A stretch of 63,890 nt of DNA, filler included, from Hausera hauseri (GCA_046269625.1; 11 parts of 11 records of this genome joined end to end with filler, not necessarily neighbours in it), one strand, 5' to 3'; shown: positions 23,301 through 37,500, counted from the first letter of the whole stretch. Numbers and translations: made by a program. Notes: generated by a model not told the origin, from the sequence alone.

Positions 23301-25556
23301 TTCCTCGAACTAACGGCACCTTTTGCACACCTCTCACTCGGGAAGAAAAGACAACTAATCCACTCGACTTCCGATCTAGTAAATCAATTTGATCGCCTTC
23401 GTTAAGGTCTGAAAATTGTTGAAATCCTGGTTTTTCCAAAACCAAACGCGGAACTAATATTAACTACCGATGCCTCAACCACAGCCACTGATGCGACATT
23501 ACACCAAATATACAATGGTGTTGACGGGCCATTAGAATTTTATTTCCGAAAGCCCATGCAACCAGAAAGTCGATACTCACCATTCGATTGTAAACTCCTG
23601 GCCATAGTTCTAGCTGTAAAGTATTTCAAGCATTTGCGCCTATCACATCAATTTATCATCCAAACCGACCACAAGCCTCTACTTCATATAATGACGTTGA
23701 AACAGTCATCATCCAGACAAGAACGACAGATATCATGCCTGTCGACATTTAGTTTTTCATAAAATATATTTCAGGCACCGAAAATTTACTAGGAGATTTT
23801 CTGTCGCGGTCGGTAAACTCGATTACAGTTCAGCCAATTTTCTCCTCTGAAGTTCTGAGAAGTAATCAGCCATCATCTGATATTCTCCAAGCTTTTAAAT
23901 CGGTTGAGATCATCGATGGCATCACCTACGACACATCCAACTCGACTAATAAAAAAATCAACCTTGCTCCATCGCTACAAAAGACAGCTTTCACTTACTT
24001 TCACTCTCTTCATCATCCGGATTTAAAAGCCACATTCCTTCTACTGCAACGCAATGTTGTATGGCCGACTATGCGTACAGATGTACAGGTCTTGGTTAAG
24101 GGATGTGTTGCATGTCAACAATATAAGGTTCATAAACACCTTAAACCACTACTTTATCACTTCCCTTGCACGTGTCGTTTTGACACCGTTCATTTGGATC
24201 TTGTGGGTCCTTTACCATCCGACAACGGCTATCAATATATCTTATCCATGGTAGATCGCGCTTCTCGCTGCCGGAAGCCGTTCCTCTTCGATCAACCAAC
24301 CCGGAGTCAGTAGCGGACGCATTTATTAAGATATGGGTCAGCCGTTTTGGCTCACCACGTCACATCATAATGGACCAGAGTTCGCAATTTGAAGCTGATC
24401 TTTTTAAATCTCTTGTAAGACACTTGAGGATAGCCCATTTCCATACGACGCCACACCATCCCCAAGCAAATGATCTTCTTGAGAGATTTTACTGCACCAT
24501 GAAGATTTCTTTGAATATCTTAGCAAACAACAATCATAACTGGACCTCAATTCTTCCTCTTGTCCTAGTCGGTTGACACAACACGCCATCCACCACCACA
24601 GGTTGTGCTCCAGCTGAGGCTCTCTTTGGGACACCAATTCGTGTCCTATTTGAGCTCTCCAACCTCGATGAAAGTTCGTTAGAAGAACTTATTCATGCGG
24701 CTCAGTCCCGCTTTGTAAATGTCTGCTCAAACGCCTTTGCCGCCTTATAAATAAAGACAAATCGTATATTCTAGAGGACTTATACTCAGCCAAGTTTGTA
24801 TTGTTGAAGGATCCGACACCTTCTGGTTTTCGGCTTCAATACGTTGGCCCTTATAAACTACTCAGCCTTTCTTCGCACATCGCTACTATTTTACGTAAGG
24901 CCAGACATCAAAATGTACATATTTCTAATCTTTTGCCAGCATTCTTCGTTGACGATGACCAGGATAACACCCCTGTTTTAAATCCTAACTCTAACTTCTC
25001 TCCACTCGAGCCATCATCTAATTTCCTCGATGATTTTAATCCGTTGCAGCTATCGCTATCGCATCACAATCAGTTCATTCCATTTCCTTCATCGTCCTCT
25101 GCTCCTCCACCACCTACTTTGCCGTCATCGCCTGCACATCCACTACTCACTTCACCTTCATTACACTATTCCTTTCCATCTCCAGTTTCGCCTTCTTTGC
25201 GTGATCCTTTCCCTCTTTAGCTTCTTCTCCACTTTCACTTCTTCATGAAACATCCTCCTAAAACACCACAAAATCCACAGCATCTTTACCTCGAAAAACT
25301 CCACAAGCGCCATCAACATATAACAGGGAACGCCAAGTGACATTTAGCACCTACAGCAGGGAGAAGTTTATAAATGGAATCCAACGTCTGACACACACCA
25401 AAACCGAATAGGTACAAGCTCTTCCTTTTCTTACGATGTTCTAAGTTTATTTTTCCTTCTTTATAGTCTTCATTTTGCCACGGAGGTGATGTAGTGACTG
25501 AAATGTGGTTGCACTGGAGGGGTTAAAGGATCGTTAAGGAAATTTTCCCCACCATG
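20390..25556 (+). mobile_element. Mag-like Ty3/Gypsy element (UBL-Gag-PR-RT-RH-IN), near full length and decayed, copy B
   Basis: UBL ending RLWDG|SDSNP; IDSGA; YRPCGDHRQLN; MPFGL, YIDG; HHCC zinc finger; HLDLVGPLP; HHPQANDLLER; YVGPYK. A purine run then TGTAGT at 25490 may start the 3' LTR. Confidence 0.94.
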
Positions 25557-25656
25557 NNNNNNNNNNNNNNNNNNNNNNNNNNNNNNNNNNNNNNNNNNNN
25601 TTAATTAATTAANNNNNNNNNNNNNNNNNNNNNNNNNNNNNNNNNNNNNNNNNNNN

Positions 25657-28600
25657 AATAGTCGAACGACTCAAGGAAAAGCCGGTCAAAGAACAAAATG
25701 AAATTGATCTAGAGATGTTAGGCATAGACTTAATAGATATTCCACCCTTAATGGAAATAATAAAAATCACTTCTACCGCAACAAAACAATATGCAAGCCT
25801 GGAAAATCGGATTGAAATTGAAACCGACAAAGATTGCGAATATGCAGTCTGAGAAATAGAATTATGCAAATAAATAATGACAAAACACAGAAAATAATTA
25901 TGGCTTATATCCTAGAATTCGACGAATATAAAGACTAGTTCGATTACACCTGTCGGGTCATCGATTTTATTAAAGGTCCAGATGATGAACTAGAAGACGT
26001 TCATAAAATGTTAAACAAGGCAATATTGGCAGAGCCAGAAGTCGCTAATCAGTTGAAAGAATGGTCCAAAGTGATAACGAGGTTGAGTAAACTGGTAGAA
26101 AGTCGAAAAAAAGAATTTCCAGAACGCGAGCGTACAGTAAAGAAACAATTAGAAGAAAACGCACGGTATTTAGATACGATGAAGCGGAGATTGACATCCG
26201 GACCCAATTCGATTCATTACGTCGATTAAACTTTATGAAAAAGGAGCAAGAAATGAAGATGCTGGATGATATATATAAAATGATAGAAAAAACAAACTTC
26301 ATACAAAAACGGAACTTGACTTGTGACTTTTATCCAAGATTAAGAAAGGTCCGCTTAGAAGAAATCCAACATTTAACAGCAAAACCCCTCGAGGATATAT
26401 CGGTTCGAGATCTGGAAACTTTAGACATTTGCCCAGAATATCAGTCGACCCTCGAAGAAGTAGTGACGTTCTTACACTACCCACAATAAAGGATGGCCGG
26501 AACAGATCAAAGGTATCATACCGAAGTGACTAAAATAAGGAACGACCACCATCTTAATTTTGAAGAGGCCAAGTTTGTAAAAAGATTGATCAATGAAATA
26601 GACCCAGACGCAAAATTATTAATGAGATATATGAATTAGCACTGCTGATGGTGGAAGTGACAGAAATTAGTGACGAAAAAATAAGACAGTTGTTGCCACA
26701 GATACGACAAGTTGAAAAAACTTGCCTTAAAACGAAACAGAGAGCGGTAAGATTAGACAAACTAACTAAGGAACTCGAAAGTTATAAAAATAAGTATGCC
26801 CTTACAGAAACAGAAAAGGCTGATAAGTCACAATTTGTACAAAAATGGCAAAGAGACGTAGCTTCCGAGCTAACTAATGATCAAGAACAAGGATTTATAT
26901 CAGCCGAAGAATTATGTCAGTTGCTAACAGTATTGCGCCAAACTTCCGGAAACGGACGTTGTTTCCAAACTATGCAAATGGTTACAATGCAACAAAAACT
27001 ACGGGAACTAAGAGAATCAATAAAGGACGTGAACTTAGTCCGGCCGTTAAAAACTCCGAAGATTGATTTCGGACTACCAGAAGACGAAAACGAATGGACG
27101 CGTATCTGAATTCAATAATCGCCGAAAAGCCGAAAACTCCCGTGCACTTGTACAAAACGAAGACGTGTCTACCAGATCAGAGATTCAGTGTGGAGATGCT
27201 TCTGGATTCGGCATAAACTGAAAGGGATCTAATTAAGTCAATCAGTGTAAACCTTACTGGATATCAATTAAGGGAGTTAGTCCCCACCTTAACAAAATTA
27301 GCTAGCGAAGGTACGATTTATAGCGCTGCACCAAAACTTTTAATCAAAGAATATGCTAAATTCTTAAAGACAAGGCCCGAAGAGACAATTAAAAGAAGAG
27401 TAACGTCTGACTCGATGGACGAGAAGGAGCACAAGTTTACTACACATTCCCTTGTGAAGGATGTAGCACTGTGGTTAAGGAGTAATGGTCATACAAATAA
27501 GCTGAACTGTAAACTTTATTTTAGAGGAAAAATATTAGACTAACTGGAACTACAAATAGAAGTTGGAATTATTCCAGACGAATCAAACCGGATAGTGGTA
27601 ACTATTCCTACCGACGAGACAAAAGAAGAGGTCACAAGGAAGGCGAAGACTGAACAATGGGTAGGACGGATTATAGGAGTTCGAGATGCAGCAATGTACT
27701 TCGAATACTTGCAAACAGACCAAGACAAGGCAAAATATAATAAGAATCTAGTACCAACCAGTGATACCGCACCGACTGTAACGAAACAGAAGCGTCTGTC
27801 GGTAGGCTGCGAAAGACACGATAATAAATCGACTATAATGGAGACATGATCAAAGAATTGAGAAAAATATCCATACCGACCTTCAGTGCACATGACGAAG
27901 AACTGAATGAACTTATAAAAAATTGATACATATAGTAAAACACTCCAGCCTCGACAACAATATGTTAGACGAGAAAGAGAAGGCTATATTTAATGCAGCC
28001 AAAGCCATGAAAAATTTTCGATGTAAATTATCCAGAAGTATCTTAAGCGATGAAATGATAATCGAGAAAATTATGGTAGAGAACACTGTGGAGGAATTAA
28101 GAAAAGTATTGCTATATTTGGCTGTTAAAACCAATCCATTCCGAGATAATGAATTCAATAAGGCCCTTTGCTTGGCGAGAAAGGATGCCAGGAAACTGCC
28201 CCGAGAAGTAAACTTGTCCAAATTATTTGAAAAAGAAGAAAAGCGTCAGAATAGGCCCTTCCTTGGAAATAATAAATTTGAAGACTTGTCCCGAAACGTA
28301 GCCGGAAATAATAGAGGAAACGAGCCAAACTGGTTAATTAACTTCTTAACCGTTATGATGTTAATACGACAAATGGGTGCAGTTACCGTGTATGACTGAG
28401 ACAAATTTAAACTTTGCCAAAAATACTCATTACTGGACTTAGAAATGTATGAAGATGCGAGACCACATAAGCTAGAAACAAAAGAAAAAAATTACATGCT
28501 GCACCAACAACGCGAACTAGTTACATTAGACGGAATAGAATGCATGTTGCGACGATCTCGCAGTATTTTCCATTGCGGATTGGTACATGGGCATTCATCA

Positions 28601-29956
28601 GTAATCAAGCCGACAACCCCACCAATTCCGATAAACTTGGAACGTCAGCATTGTAAGCAAGCTAGAAAGACTGGAAGATTAAAATTGGATGGTATGGAGT
28701 TGGAAATGCAACAAGGAAGGATAATGAGAGTATATAAAGTGGCAGCTGGAAGACTAAATATGCACATCGGACATTGTAATGGTGCAGAATACGATACTGG
28801 AAAAGGGCTAGAGTTGAACGTCGTCGTGGTAGATTTTTACGAAACCGAGAAGCGCCTACAAAAGGTAATGTTCCATAGCGTTAATAATCTTTACACGGAA
28901 AACCAGAAGTGCCACATTCAGGATGGCACATGCCCCTTTCGAAGCTCCGTGGTAATTTGGGAACCCCCAGCAAAAACCGATTGAAATTTTATCAGAATTA
29001 AAGAACTTAAGTTTAATGAGACGACATGGAAACGATTCATAAGTAGCATGGAAACTAACTCTAAAACGCGAGAAGATGTGGCCAAACAGTCCACACCTAC
29101 TATATTAATTTCCAATACTCATGGATTGAAATTTGTGAAAAAAGATGCACTCACACGATACGATGTCATAATGTACGCCACCAATTATGAAGCATTCTTT
29201 GTAGCTGAGACGAAAGTAAACGCCAGAACGTTTAAAATCGAGACTCAAGATATTCGAATTGAGGATTATTTGAAAAACAGAGACGACTATTTTTACTATA
29301 AAGGACAAGCTGAAATAGCCGAGTTATATCACAAAATGATAACAAATGACTGCAAATTGGACTTGGAAGTCATGCGGACTAAACTGGCTTTAACATATGC
29401 TAACCCTGAATTAGCATGACCAATAATCCCAATGAAAGAAGGCGTTTTCGGACGAGTAACCGGAGAAGTCCTACTGACCTATGAATGTGAAAAGAAAGAT
29501 GTACCTATTAATGTGGAAGAGAAGAGGTGTATACAGGAACTTCTAGTAATATACCAAGACGTTTGAAGGTTAATAACACCAATTACTAGAGTGTTATTAG
29601 CAAACTCTACCCAACCGACAATTTTGAGAGACTGCAAAACCAGCCTGAGTGAACCAATATTCAGACGTAGCGAAACCGATTGGATAAGTTTACCAAACGG
29701 CGGCATAATTACGCCACCGACCAAGCTAACAGAAACCAACTTAATAAAAGGAATAACCGATGATAAATTTGAAGATACTGCCGCAAAAGAGATTTACCGA
29801 CCAAAAAAAGTAGAGGCGTTCCGACAATTTCTCACTTTTCCCCGTCAACGCACACATGAATTAAACAGAGCGATGCATACAATATTATAGGACTCGCGTT
29901 ATCAAGCGAAGCGGGAATCATTATTCGGTGTCAACTACTACCGAAAAGTGACTACG
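25657..29956 (+). mobile_element. Second diverged copy of the helical region-UBL-chuviral glycoprotein polyprotein element
   Basis: Collinear homology to ~5460-8670, e.g. IDLEMLGIDLIDIPPLME, CPEY, VRDAAMYFEYLQTD, ELRKVLLYL and SRSIFHCG. Confidence 0.9.
28330..29956 (+). pseudogene. env: Chuvirus-like glycoprotein ectodomain of about 540 codons with in-frame stops, cut by the contig end
   Basis: VYD, FHCG..HGHSS, C..QDGTC....IW, LYHKMITNDC, GEVLLTYEC, CIQEL, PITRVL, IY.....AFRQFLTFP. Confidence 0.85.
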
Positions 29957-30056
29957 NNNNNNNNNNNNNNNNNNNNNNNNNNNNNNNNNNNNNNNNNNNN
30001 TTAATTAATTAANNNNNNNNNNNNNNNNNNNNNNNNNNNNNNNNNNNNNNNNNNNN

Positions 30057-30746
30057 CGTTCTTTTTGTTCCGGTGTATAGTGGTACATCCACGTTTCATC
30101 AACAGTTATGAAACGATGCTTGAAATCCATTTTATTTTCCTTAAAACGATCCAAACACGCCTGAGAAATACGCATTCGAACGCATTTTTGGTCAATTGTT
30201 AGCGAATGTGGCACCCATCTTGCACAAAGATTTTTCATGTGTAAATCTTCGTGTAAAATATTTCCAATTCATTCTTTTGAGATGCCTATGGCCACAGCTA
30301 CTTCACACACTTTCATTCGTCGATCATCTAACACTGTATCATGGACTTGTTCAATGATTTGTGGTGTTGTAGCAGTTTTTGGACGACCTTCGCGTGGATC
30401 ATCTTCGAAGCTTGTACGACCAGATTTAAAAAGAGCAGCCCATCTTTTCACAGTAGCAAGTGAAGGCGAGGCATCTTTATACACTTTTAACAATTTCTGA
30501 TGAATTTCCTTTGGTGTTAAACCATCCAAAAACAAAGAATTTTATCACTGGACGATATTCAGTTTTGTACATTCTAAAAAATTACTGATACGTGAATATT
30601 AAAAAAACTAGCACCACTCAAATAAACTGAGATTGAAATAAAATTTTAAGCGTGTTTGTATAAATGTTTATATAAACAAATTACACTTATTTCACGTTAA
30701 AAATTTTTCTTTCATTGTTAGGCCCAGAACTTTTCAGACTGTCCTA
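30057..30746 (-). mobile_element. Mariner (Tc1/mariner) 5' half: TIR and frameshifted transposase
   Basis: FKSGRTSFEDDPREGRP, CARWVPHSLT, ITVDETW. TIR-like TA-GGACAGTCTGAAAAGTTCTGGGCCTAAC on the minus strand at ~30716-30746. Confidence 0.93.
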
Positions 30747-31299
30747 TAAAAAAACTATATTGTTTTTACTAAAAGACACAAAGTGAGTAAAATCAATCGT
30801 TCATTGAATGCCGTTGAATCCGTGACTTACTGGAAACAGTAAAACAAATTACAATTTAATTTTTCAATTCATTTTGACAAGACATTTTCACGAAATAAAG
30901 CACTATGACCAATTTGACTCCAAAAAGGCATGTTGCAATTTTCCAGTCCCTATTTATAACAAATACATATTAAAGTAATATGAAATGCTACATTTATTTT
31001 ACAATTTTCCATAACGAGTCTCTAAACATTTTAATACCCTGGAACTTCCCAGCAGTATGAATTCAATGATATGAAACGAGTGAATCATTTCTACGAAGAT
31101 AAACATTCTCTGAAAATATCAATGATCAAAGTTTCTAGTTATGATTAAGAAAATATTATTCAATCACTAAACTGAAATCAATAGTTTACTGTTTAATTAG
31201 TCATTTTAATGTATTCTTGGAGAATGTCTTTAATTCATGAAAGTTCCGATAATATTTTATATCCATTGTTTTTTATTCCCGTTTGTCATGACCCATTAC

Positions 31300-32188
31300 A
31301 ATCTATCAAAGTCCGATTTCACTACTGTTGATTGGAATATTAGTCTTTTTCCTGTAATCGATACGGATTGGATCGTAACATTTTTTTACCAGTTGATTTC
31401 ATTTTTGCCATTTTGAACATGAAAGGTCCTAACGACAATTATATCAATTACTGCAGACCCGATAAAGATTGTAAAAGTAACTTTAGTAATAGGAAAAATA
31501 TTACAAATAACCATACTCATTTCACCACAATTGTGTACAACATTATTGTCAATGACACAGGATTATATAATTGGACATTGACCATGTCTAGCAAATCTCT
31601 TGTTGTCAATCGTATACCTTTATGACCGTTCGTAAACCGCCTTCCCAATTCAACGCCATTGGAAGTGACTCATTTATTAAATGCCGGTGTGAAACTCAAT
31701 TTGGAGATACTGCCTACAGACGTATTTGGTTATCAGTTTCAATTAACACCAAATTTACAATGGGTTCCACTTTGCAGGTATTTTGTTTTGCAGACTCTGT
31801 TAATTCGACGGATAAAGGTTTTTATTACGTTAATCAGTCATGTTTTAAAGATTCATGTGTGTACTACACAATACAAAATGACGCAAATACACTTTTACGT
31901 TTAACATCATGCCATTTATTAGATGTCATTCATTTGCTTACAGGTTCTATACAGACTAAACCACCTGTGCATCATAACCAAAGAATTAAATTTAATTCCA
32001 CAATTGTATGTTACGGACTTAGCGGATATCCTCATCCAACATATGAATGGATTTGTTTATCACCATCTGAAATACCACTCAATGCTTTCCAAATTCCTAA
32101 TTTGACACCTATCAACGAAACACTTTACGTTGATAATTGGAATACCGTTCGTGTTCAACTGTACATTTACGAATGCATTTCCAGATAA
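31300..32188 (+). pseudogene. Ig-superfamily cell-surface protein fragment
   Basis: IIVNDTGLYN (DxGxY motif), IKCRC, IVCYGLSGYPHPTYEW and YEC; frameshifted. Confidence 0.45.
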
Positions 32189-32541
32189 ATTTCTCTTTAT
32201 CTTTCTATCAAAATACAGTTTGTTGTAAGCTTACGCAGTCATGAACCGATAATGAACCTGTGTTGTTAATACGCAAATCCACACGACGTGCGGTTTTTCA
32301 AATAAACAGGGTTCTAAATTTTTTAATGTTGCATACAAACCCTTTTTACAACGTTTCTTTTTATCCTTACCAATTACTCCCAAAAAGACACGATTGTATT
32401 TATTTCCTCTTAAATTTTGACCTCAAATACAGCGCAACGTTTGTTGAATGCTCCAACAATGTACTTTGTCCAAATATTTCCGACATTTTACAATCATACC
32501 ATAGCCAGTACAGTTCCAGTTTCATTCGGCCATGTGATGGA

Positions 32542-34010
32542 ATGGACAATTTCATGAATTCTTTGATGAATTGCATCAATCAGGATTTGATCGACAAGGC
32601 ATCACAGGACTTCTGCGAACAATACAACACTAAATTCAATCAACAGAAATTGGAAAAGGAACTGTTTTCAGTGTCCCGTAATCGATACGACCTACTGCCG
32701 TTCTACGCACGTCTCGTAGCGAATATCAGTCACATAATGAATGACGTCGGTACGGAGGTATCGTCGCTGTTGCTCGGCGAATTGAAGTGGCATATTCACA
32801 AGAAAATTCAACCAAATCTTGAGTCGAAAATCAAAAAAGTCCGATTTATCGGCAAACTCGTAAAATTCAACGTGTTGAAGAAAACTGACACCATGGGCTG
32901 CATAAAACTGCTACTCCAACAATTCAAACATCACAATATCTACATGCTCTTTACCTTGTTGGAGACATGCGGTCGTGACCTGTATCGATCACAGCCTCGT
33001 CGTTTACGGACGAGTGCCTATCTAAAAATAATGATGCGCAAAGCATCGAAAAGCGTTCTGGAAGCAAAGTATCCAACGATGATCGAGAATGCGTATTACT
33101 ACTGCAATCCACCGGATAGCACTGAAAAATTTTACGATGTCGATGAATTGACAACTGAAGAATAACTCCTAAGGAAATTATTGCACGTCGATCTGAACAA
33201 GCATAACAACGACAAAATATTCAAGATAGTTCGGAAATTCCAATGGGATAACAGACAGCTCATGAAATTCGCCATGCGTACATTCACTGAGGTGTGGCGA
33301 CTTAAATACAACAATGTACCGTATTTGGCCAGTGTCCTGGCTATATTGACACCTTACCACGAAGAATTGGTTGTATCTGTCATTGATAATGTGATTGAGG
33401 AAATACGGATAGGGATGGAGATGAATGATCCAAAATATAATCAAGACAAAATTAGTATTTTTTGTTGTCTTGGGAACTTCTATGTGTATAAATTAATCAG
33501 TGCTGCAGTAGTTTTCAATGTCCTTTATTCTCTAGTTTCTTTTGGAGTTTCTCTTGATAATTCTGTTGAATCACAACTCGATTTTCAAGATAATTATTTT
33601 CGAATTAACCTCATCCATACGTTACGTGAAAGCTGCAGTCAGTATTTTAAAACCGGTGGTATCGGAAAAAAGCTTGATATCTACCTTTTTGTATCTCCAA
33701 CAATACTATCTGTTTAAAAAACCTTTGGAGACATTTGTTGCTTCACAGCCAGAAGATGAAGTAAATGCTAAAAATCTAAAGGTCCATTTTCTGTTCTTAT
33801 CGAAGGTCGGGTTTTTGACCTGATCATAAGTCTGAGATCAAAATGCAAAATTTATAACACATTTGAAGAAGTTCAAGCAAGCATTGACAAATTCGAAAGT
33901 GAAGGCATTAAGAAATTGCAATCGAAGTCGATATATCTCGGTGATGCACCAAGTAATCAAAACCAGGGCTTACAAATTATTGAGGAGATTGCAGAGGATG
34001 AAGCTGATTA
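32542..34010 (+). pseudogene. UPF2: UPF2 (regulator of nonsense transcripts 2), MIF4G-2 and MIF4G-3 region, intronless, with a stop and a frameshift
   Basis: NCINQDLIDKA..DFC, DLLPFYARLVA, VRFIG.L.KF, LLETCGR, MIENAYYYCNPP, IEEIRIGMEMNDPKYNQ, LYSLVSFGV. In-frame TAA at 33163-33165. Confidence 0.92.
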
Positions 34011-34299
34011 TGTATTTGAAATAAGCCAAACAACCTACATTAACAAACCTCGTTTCATTCCATATCATAGCGGTGCCAATTTTGAACATCGGGACAAAAA
34101 AACCCGATACTCCGTTGCATGTCAATCCTGAACGGATATTTAAAAGATGTGAAATTCTTTTTAGTTATTTGTGCTGACTTCGAGGCTATGTTTGAACGGA
34201 AAACCAGTGCAATATTAAAAATTTTGAAGCGACAACACAGTTTCGACAAACCCAAATTGCAGAGCTATCCTAAAATATGTTTCAGTGTAAAGGAAGTTT

Positions 34300-34452
34300 A
34301 AGTTGAAGAACTCGTCCACAGGAACGTCATGATCGAACACCGCAATTTGTCCGATTACACTCCGTTAAGTTTGGCAGCATCCGGCAGTTACTTCACTGTC
34401 AATATTCTCCATGTCTGGAGTAGTGATGATCAGTCAACGGGCTCAAAATTCG
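34300..34452 (+). pseudogene. Ankyrin-repeat fragment of ANKHD1/ANKRD17/Mask
   Basis: VEELVHRNVMIEHRNLSDYTPLSLAASGSY...STGSK matches the Mask/ANKHD1 repeat EHRNVSDYTPLSLAASGGY...RTGSK. Confidence 0.75.
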
Positions 34453-34559
34453 TCACGATTCTTCACAAAATCCTCTGTAAGTCTCTCGGTAACAAACATT
34501 CGAGAGGTGCCGACGAGACTGGCGTCCATTTAATCAACAAGGATGATCCACTGAGGAAA

Positions 34560-37500
34560 ACACTACAGATGTGGCCAAATTCGACACCCAGTATTCAGGT
34601 ATTCAAACACAGGTGGGTGAGGTTCTTTTTACTGATTTATACCCATCGGTGCAGCCGCGTCCTTTGCATTTGCAAACCTTTCATATCTCCCACCCTTTTT
34701 CACTTTAAAAGTTTCTTTAGCTTATTATCTTTGTACACTCCTTTACTCCGTTTATCACTTGACCCCGCTATCCCGACTGCACGCCCATATCTTTTGTTAA
34801 CACGGAAGCAATCTACACAAGCTGCTTTTGCATTTTACCATTCTCCTGGAATTGCTTCGCTGCAACTCTCCTTCTTTATCTTCAATAACAATCAACACAT
34901 AACGGCCATTAAGGCTCCATTTAATTCCACGGCGCAGCTACTATACACCTTTCTATCCTCCTCACTCGACACTGGCAATTTCTATTTCACACATCGAGGT
35001 ATCACAGTACATCCCGTCGACTCACTCTTGTCTTTCGTATGCCACGAATGTCAAGTCATTCACCTTATGCTCCATTTTCGCCTCCGGGGTGGATCGGATC
35101 CAAATCCATCCTGCTCGGATGACAAATTCACGAATACGGGCAACATCTATCGTTTGCCACACTCCCAACAGTCATGAGGTTCATTAAACTTACCTTGTGT
35201 TAAATTCTTCCTTGACAAAAACAACTTCAGCTAGCCATGGCTCCAATTCCACCAGCAGTGACTAAAATCGAACAACATAACAGATTATTTTGTGCGAGCC
35301 AATATTCTTTTAATTCTTCTTCCTGCCAACGTCAAGCAGCAAATTAATAATATCTCCGAGCTGCTACAATCCTCGACACCATATGAGACACTCTGTGACG
35401 CTGTATTTTAATGACTATGCAATAGGGAACCAAAAGCCATCCGACTTTTTCCAAACGGCCATTCTGTAGCTCAACGCGTTAGGAGTGACCCCTACGAATA
35501 ACGCGGATTTAATTTGCCGTTATTTCTTATCGTCTTTGCCCACCTCAATCAGAGCCTTGCTGACCGTTGTTGACGAATCCACTACAATCGAAAAACTTGC
35601 AATAATGGCTGACAAATCTTTTGAGATTCTTCATACTAACAGTTCTCTCCCTGTTGCTGCTGCAACCACATGTGCTCCAACTACAGATACAACACTCTTT
35701 ACTCAACAGTTGCATATAATGCAGCAACAGTTTGACAAGCTACAACAATCGATCTTCGCCATTACTAGCCAACCAAGTAATCTTAATGGGTCTCGAAGAA
35801 GTGAAACCAGACGTTCACGGGAGCGAAGCACTTCAGTGCACTCTTCTCGGTCCATTTCACCTGGCGGACGCATGACTTGTTTCTACCACATGCGTTTTCG
35901 AAAGGAAGCAAGGAAATGTTTCTTGGGCTGTCGATTCTTTAGTGAGCGATACGCTGTAAATAACCCTATTTGTATATACCACAACAAATATTAGTCACAG
36001 GCCAGATCATGTGTGCCTGGTTGTAGATATTACAACAAAAAATCTCCTAGCTTTTTTTCCTCTACTTCCTTTCCTCCAAATCCTCCAAAAAACTCATAAT
36101 TCCTCCAGATGTTACGGCACCTTCTGGCGCAGGCAACATGGCTCAATCTTCTGGCCGTTTCAACACCGCCTATGCAGTCTTTCTGTTGAAAGCTGCACTT
36201 TTATGTAGCGATAGTTCACACATTGATTTTCTTATCGATTCAGGAGCTGCCTTTTCACTCCTTCTGTTGACCTTCGTTCCTACCTCGACCATGATTTTCT
36301 GTCCACCTCTTTTCACTGCCAGTGGACAACCGTTGAACATTGCAGGAACCACGGAATTGACTTTTATATTTGCCAACCTGCCAGATAAGTTTGCCTGGAA
36401 GTTCCACGTTACCAACATTAAATCTCCCGTAATCGGCTCAGACTTTCTTGCCGTCCATGATTTATTGGTAGATTGTAAATACAGCTGTCTTCTCAGCAGA
36501 AACTCGATTTCAACTTCAAACATTAGTCTCGCAGACGATTTAGCAAGCAATTCATTGAACTCATCTGGAAACATATTGAACGTTTCTTCATCTATTAAAA
36601 AAACTTCAGATAAAGTTGGCACACCTTCAATTATAAGCGAAAATTTTATATATATTTTGAAACAGAAATCCAAATTAGGTGTCGACAGTAACGATGCCAA
36701 TTGTTTTTCTTCAGTCACTGCAGCTGTTCTTTCTAAAGATACGCCTCAATCACTCTTATCTTTAGACGCTGATCTTAGATCATATAGTACAACATCATGC
36801 TTTTGAATAGTTAAAAGAGACATAATCGTAAAGCTCTCATCCTCAACTTATCATTACATTGTAACAGAGCATCAGAGGCCTATCAAACAGAAGGTCAGAC
36901 CTTTGTCGCCACGCAGACGTAAAGCTGTGGAGCAGGGGTTTAATGAACTGGAAAGGTCTGGCATCGTTCGGCGACCGAATTCTCCATGGGCCTCTCCTCT
37001 TCATGTATTGGGAAAAAAGGATGGAACCTATAGGCCATGTGGTAACTATCGCCAATTAAACAATCTTACTATTACAGATGCCTATTTACTACCACTCATT
37101 AAGGATATTCTTCATAGCCTCAGCAACACAAATACTTATTTTACTATTGACCTTTTAGATGTTACTGGTGCTTGTGGAGTTGTTTGAGGGAGAGATGCTG
37201 TAGATTTTGTGGTGTTTTGGGAGAGTGCTTCATGAAGAAATGAAAATGGAGAAGAAAATAAGAGTGAAGTGGATCAAGCGAAAGAGGCGAGACTGGAGGT
37301 GGAGGCAAATCGTGCGATTACGGTGAAGTGAGTGGTGGGTGTGCAGGCGATGACGGTGAAGTAAGTGGTGAATGAACAGTGAACGATGACGGAATTGAAA
37401 ACGATTGATTGTGACTCGATTGCTGCGACGGCTCAAAATTATCGAGGAAATTAGATCATGGCTCGCCTGTAGAGAAATTAGAGTTAGAATTTGAAACAAG

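Noticed and set aside
34329-35177. Genuine ankyrin-UBL-Gag fusion protein
   Set aside because: The ankyrin part is absent from copies A and B, and the Gag downstream is interrupted. A chance in-frame junction is more likely.
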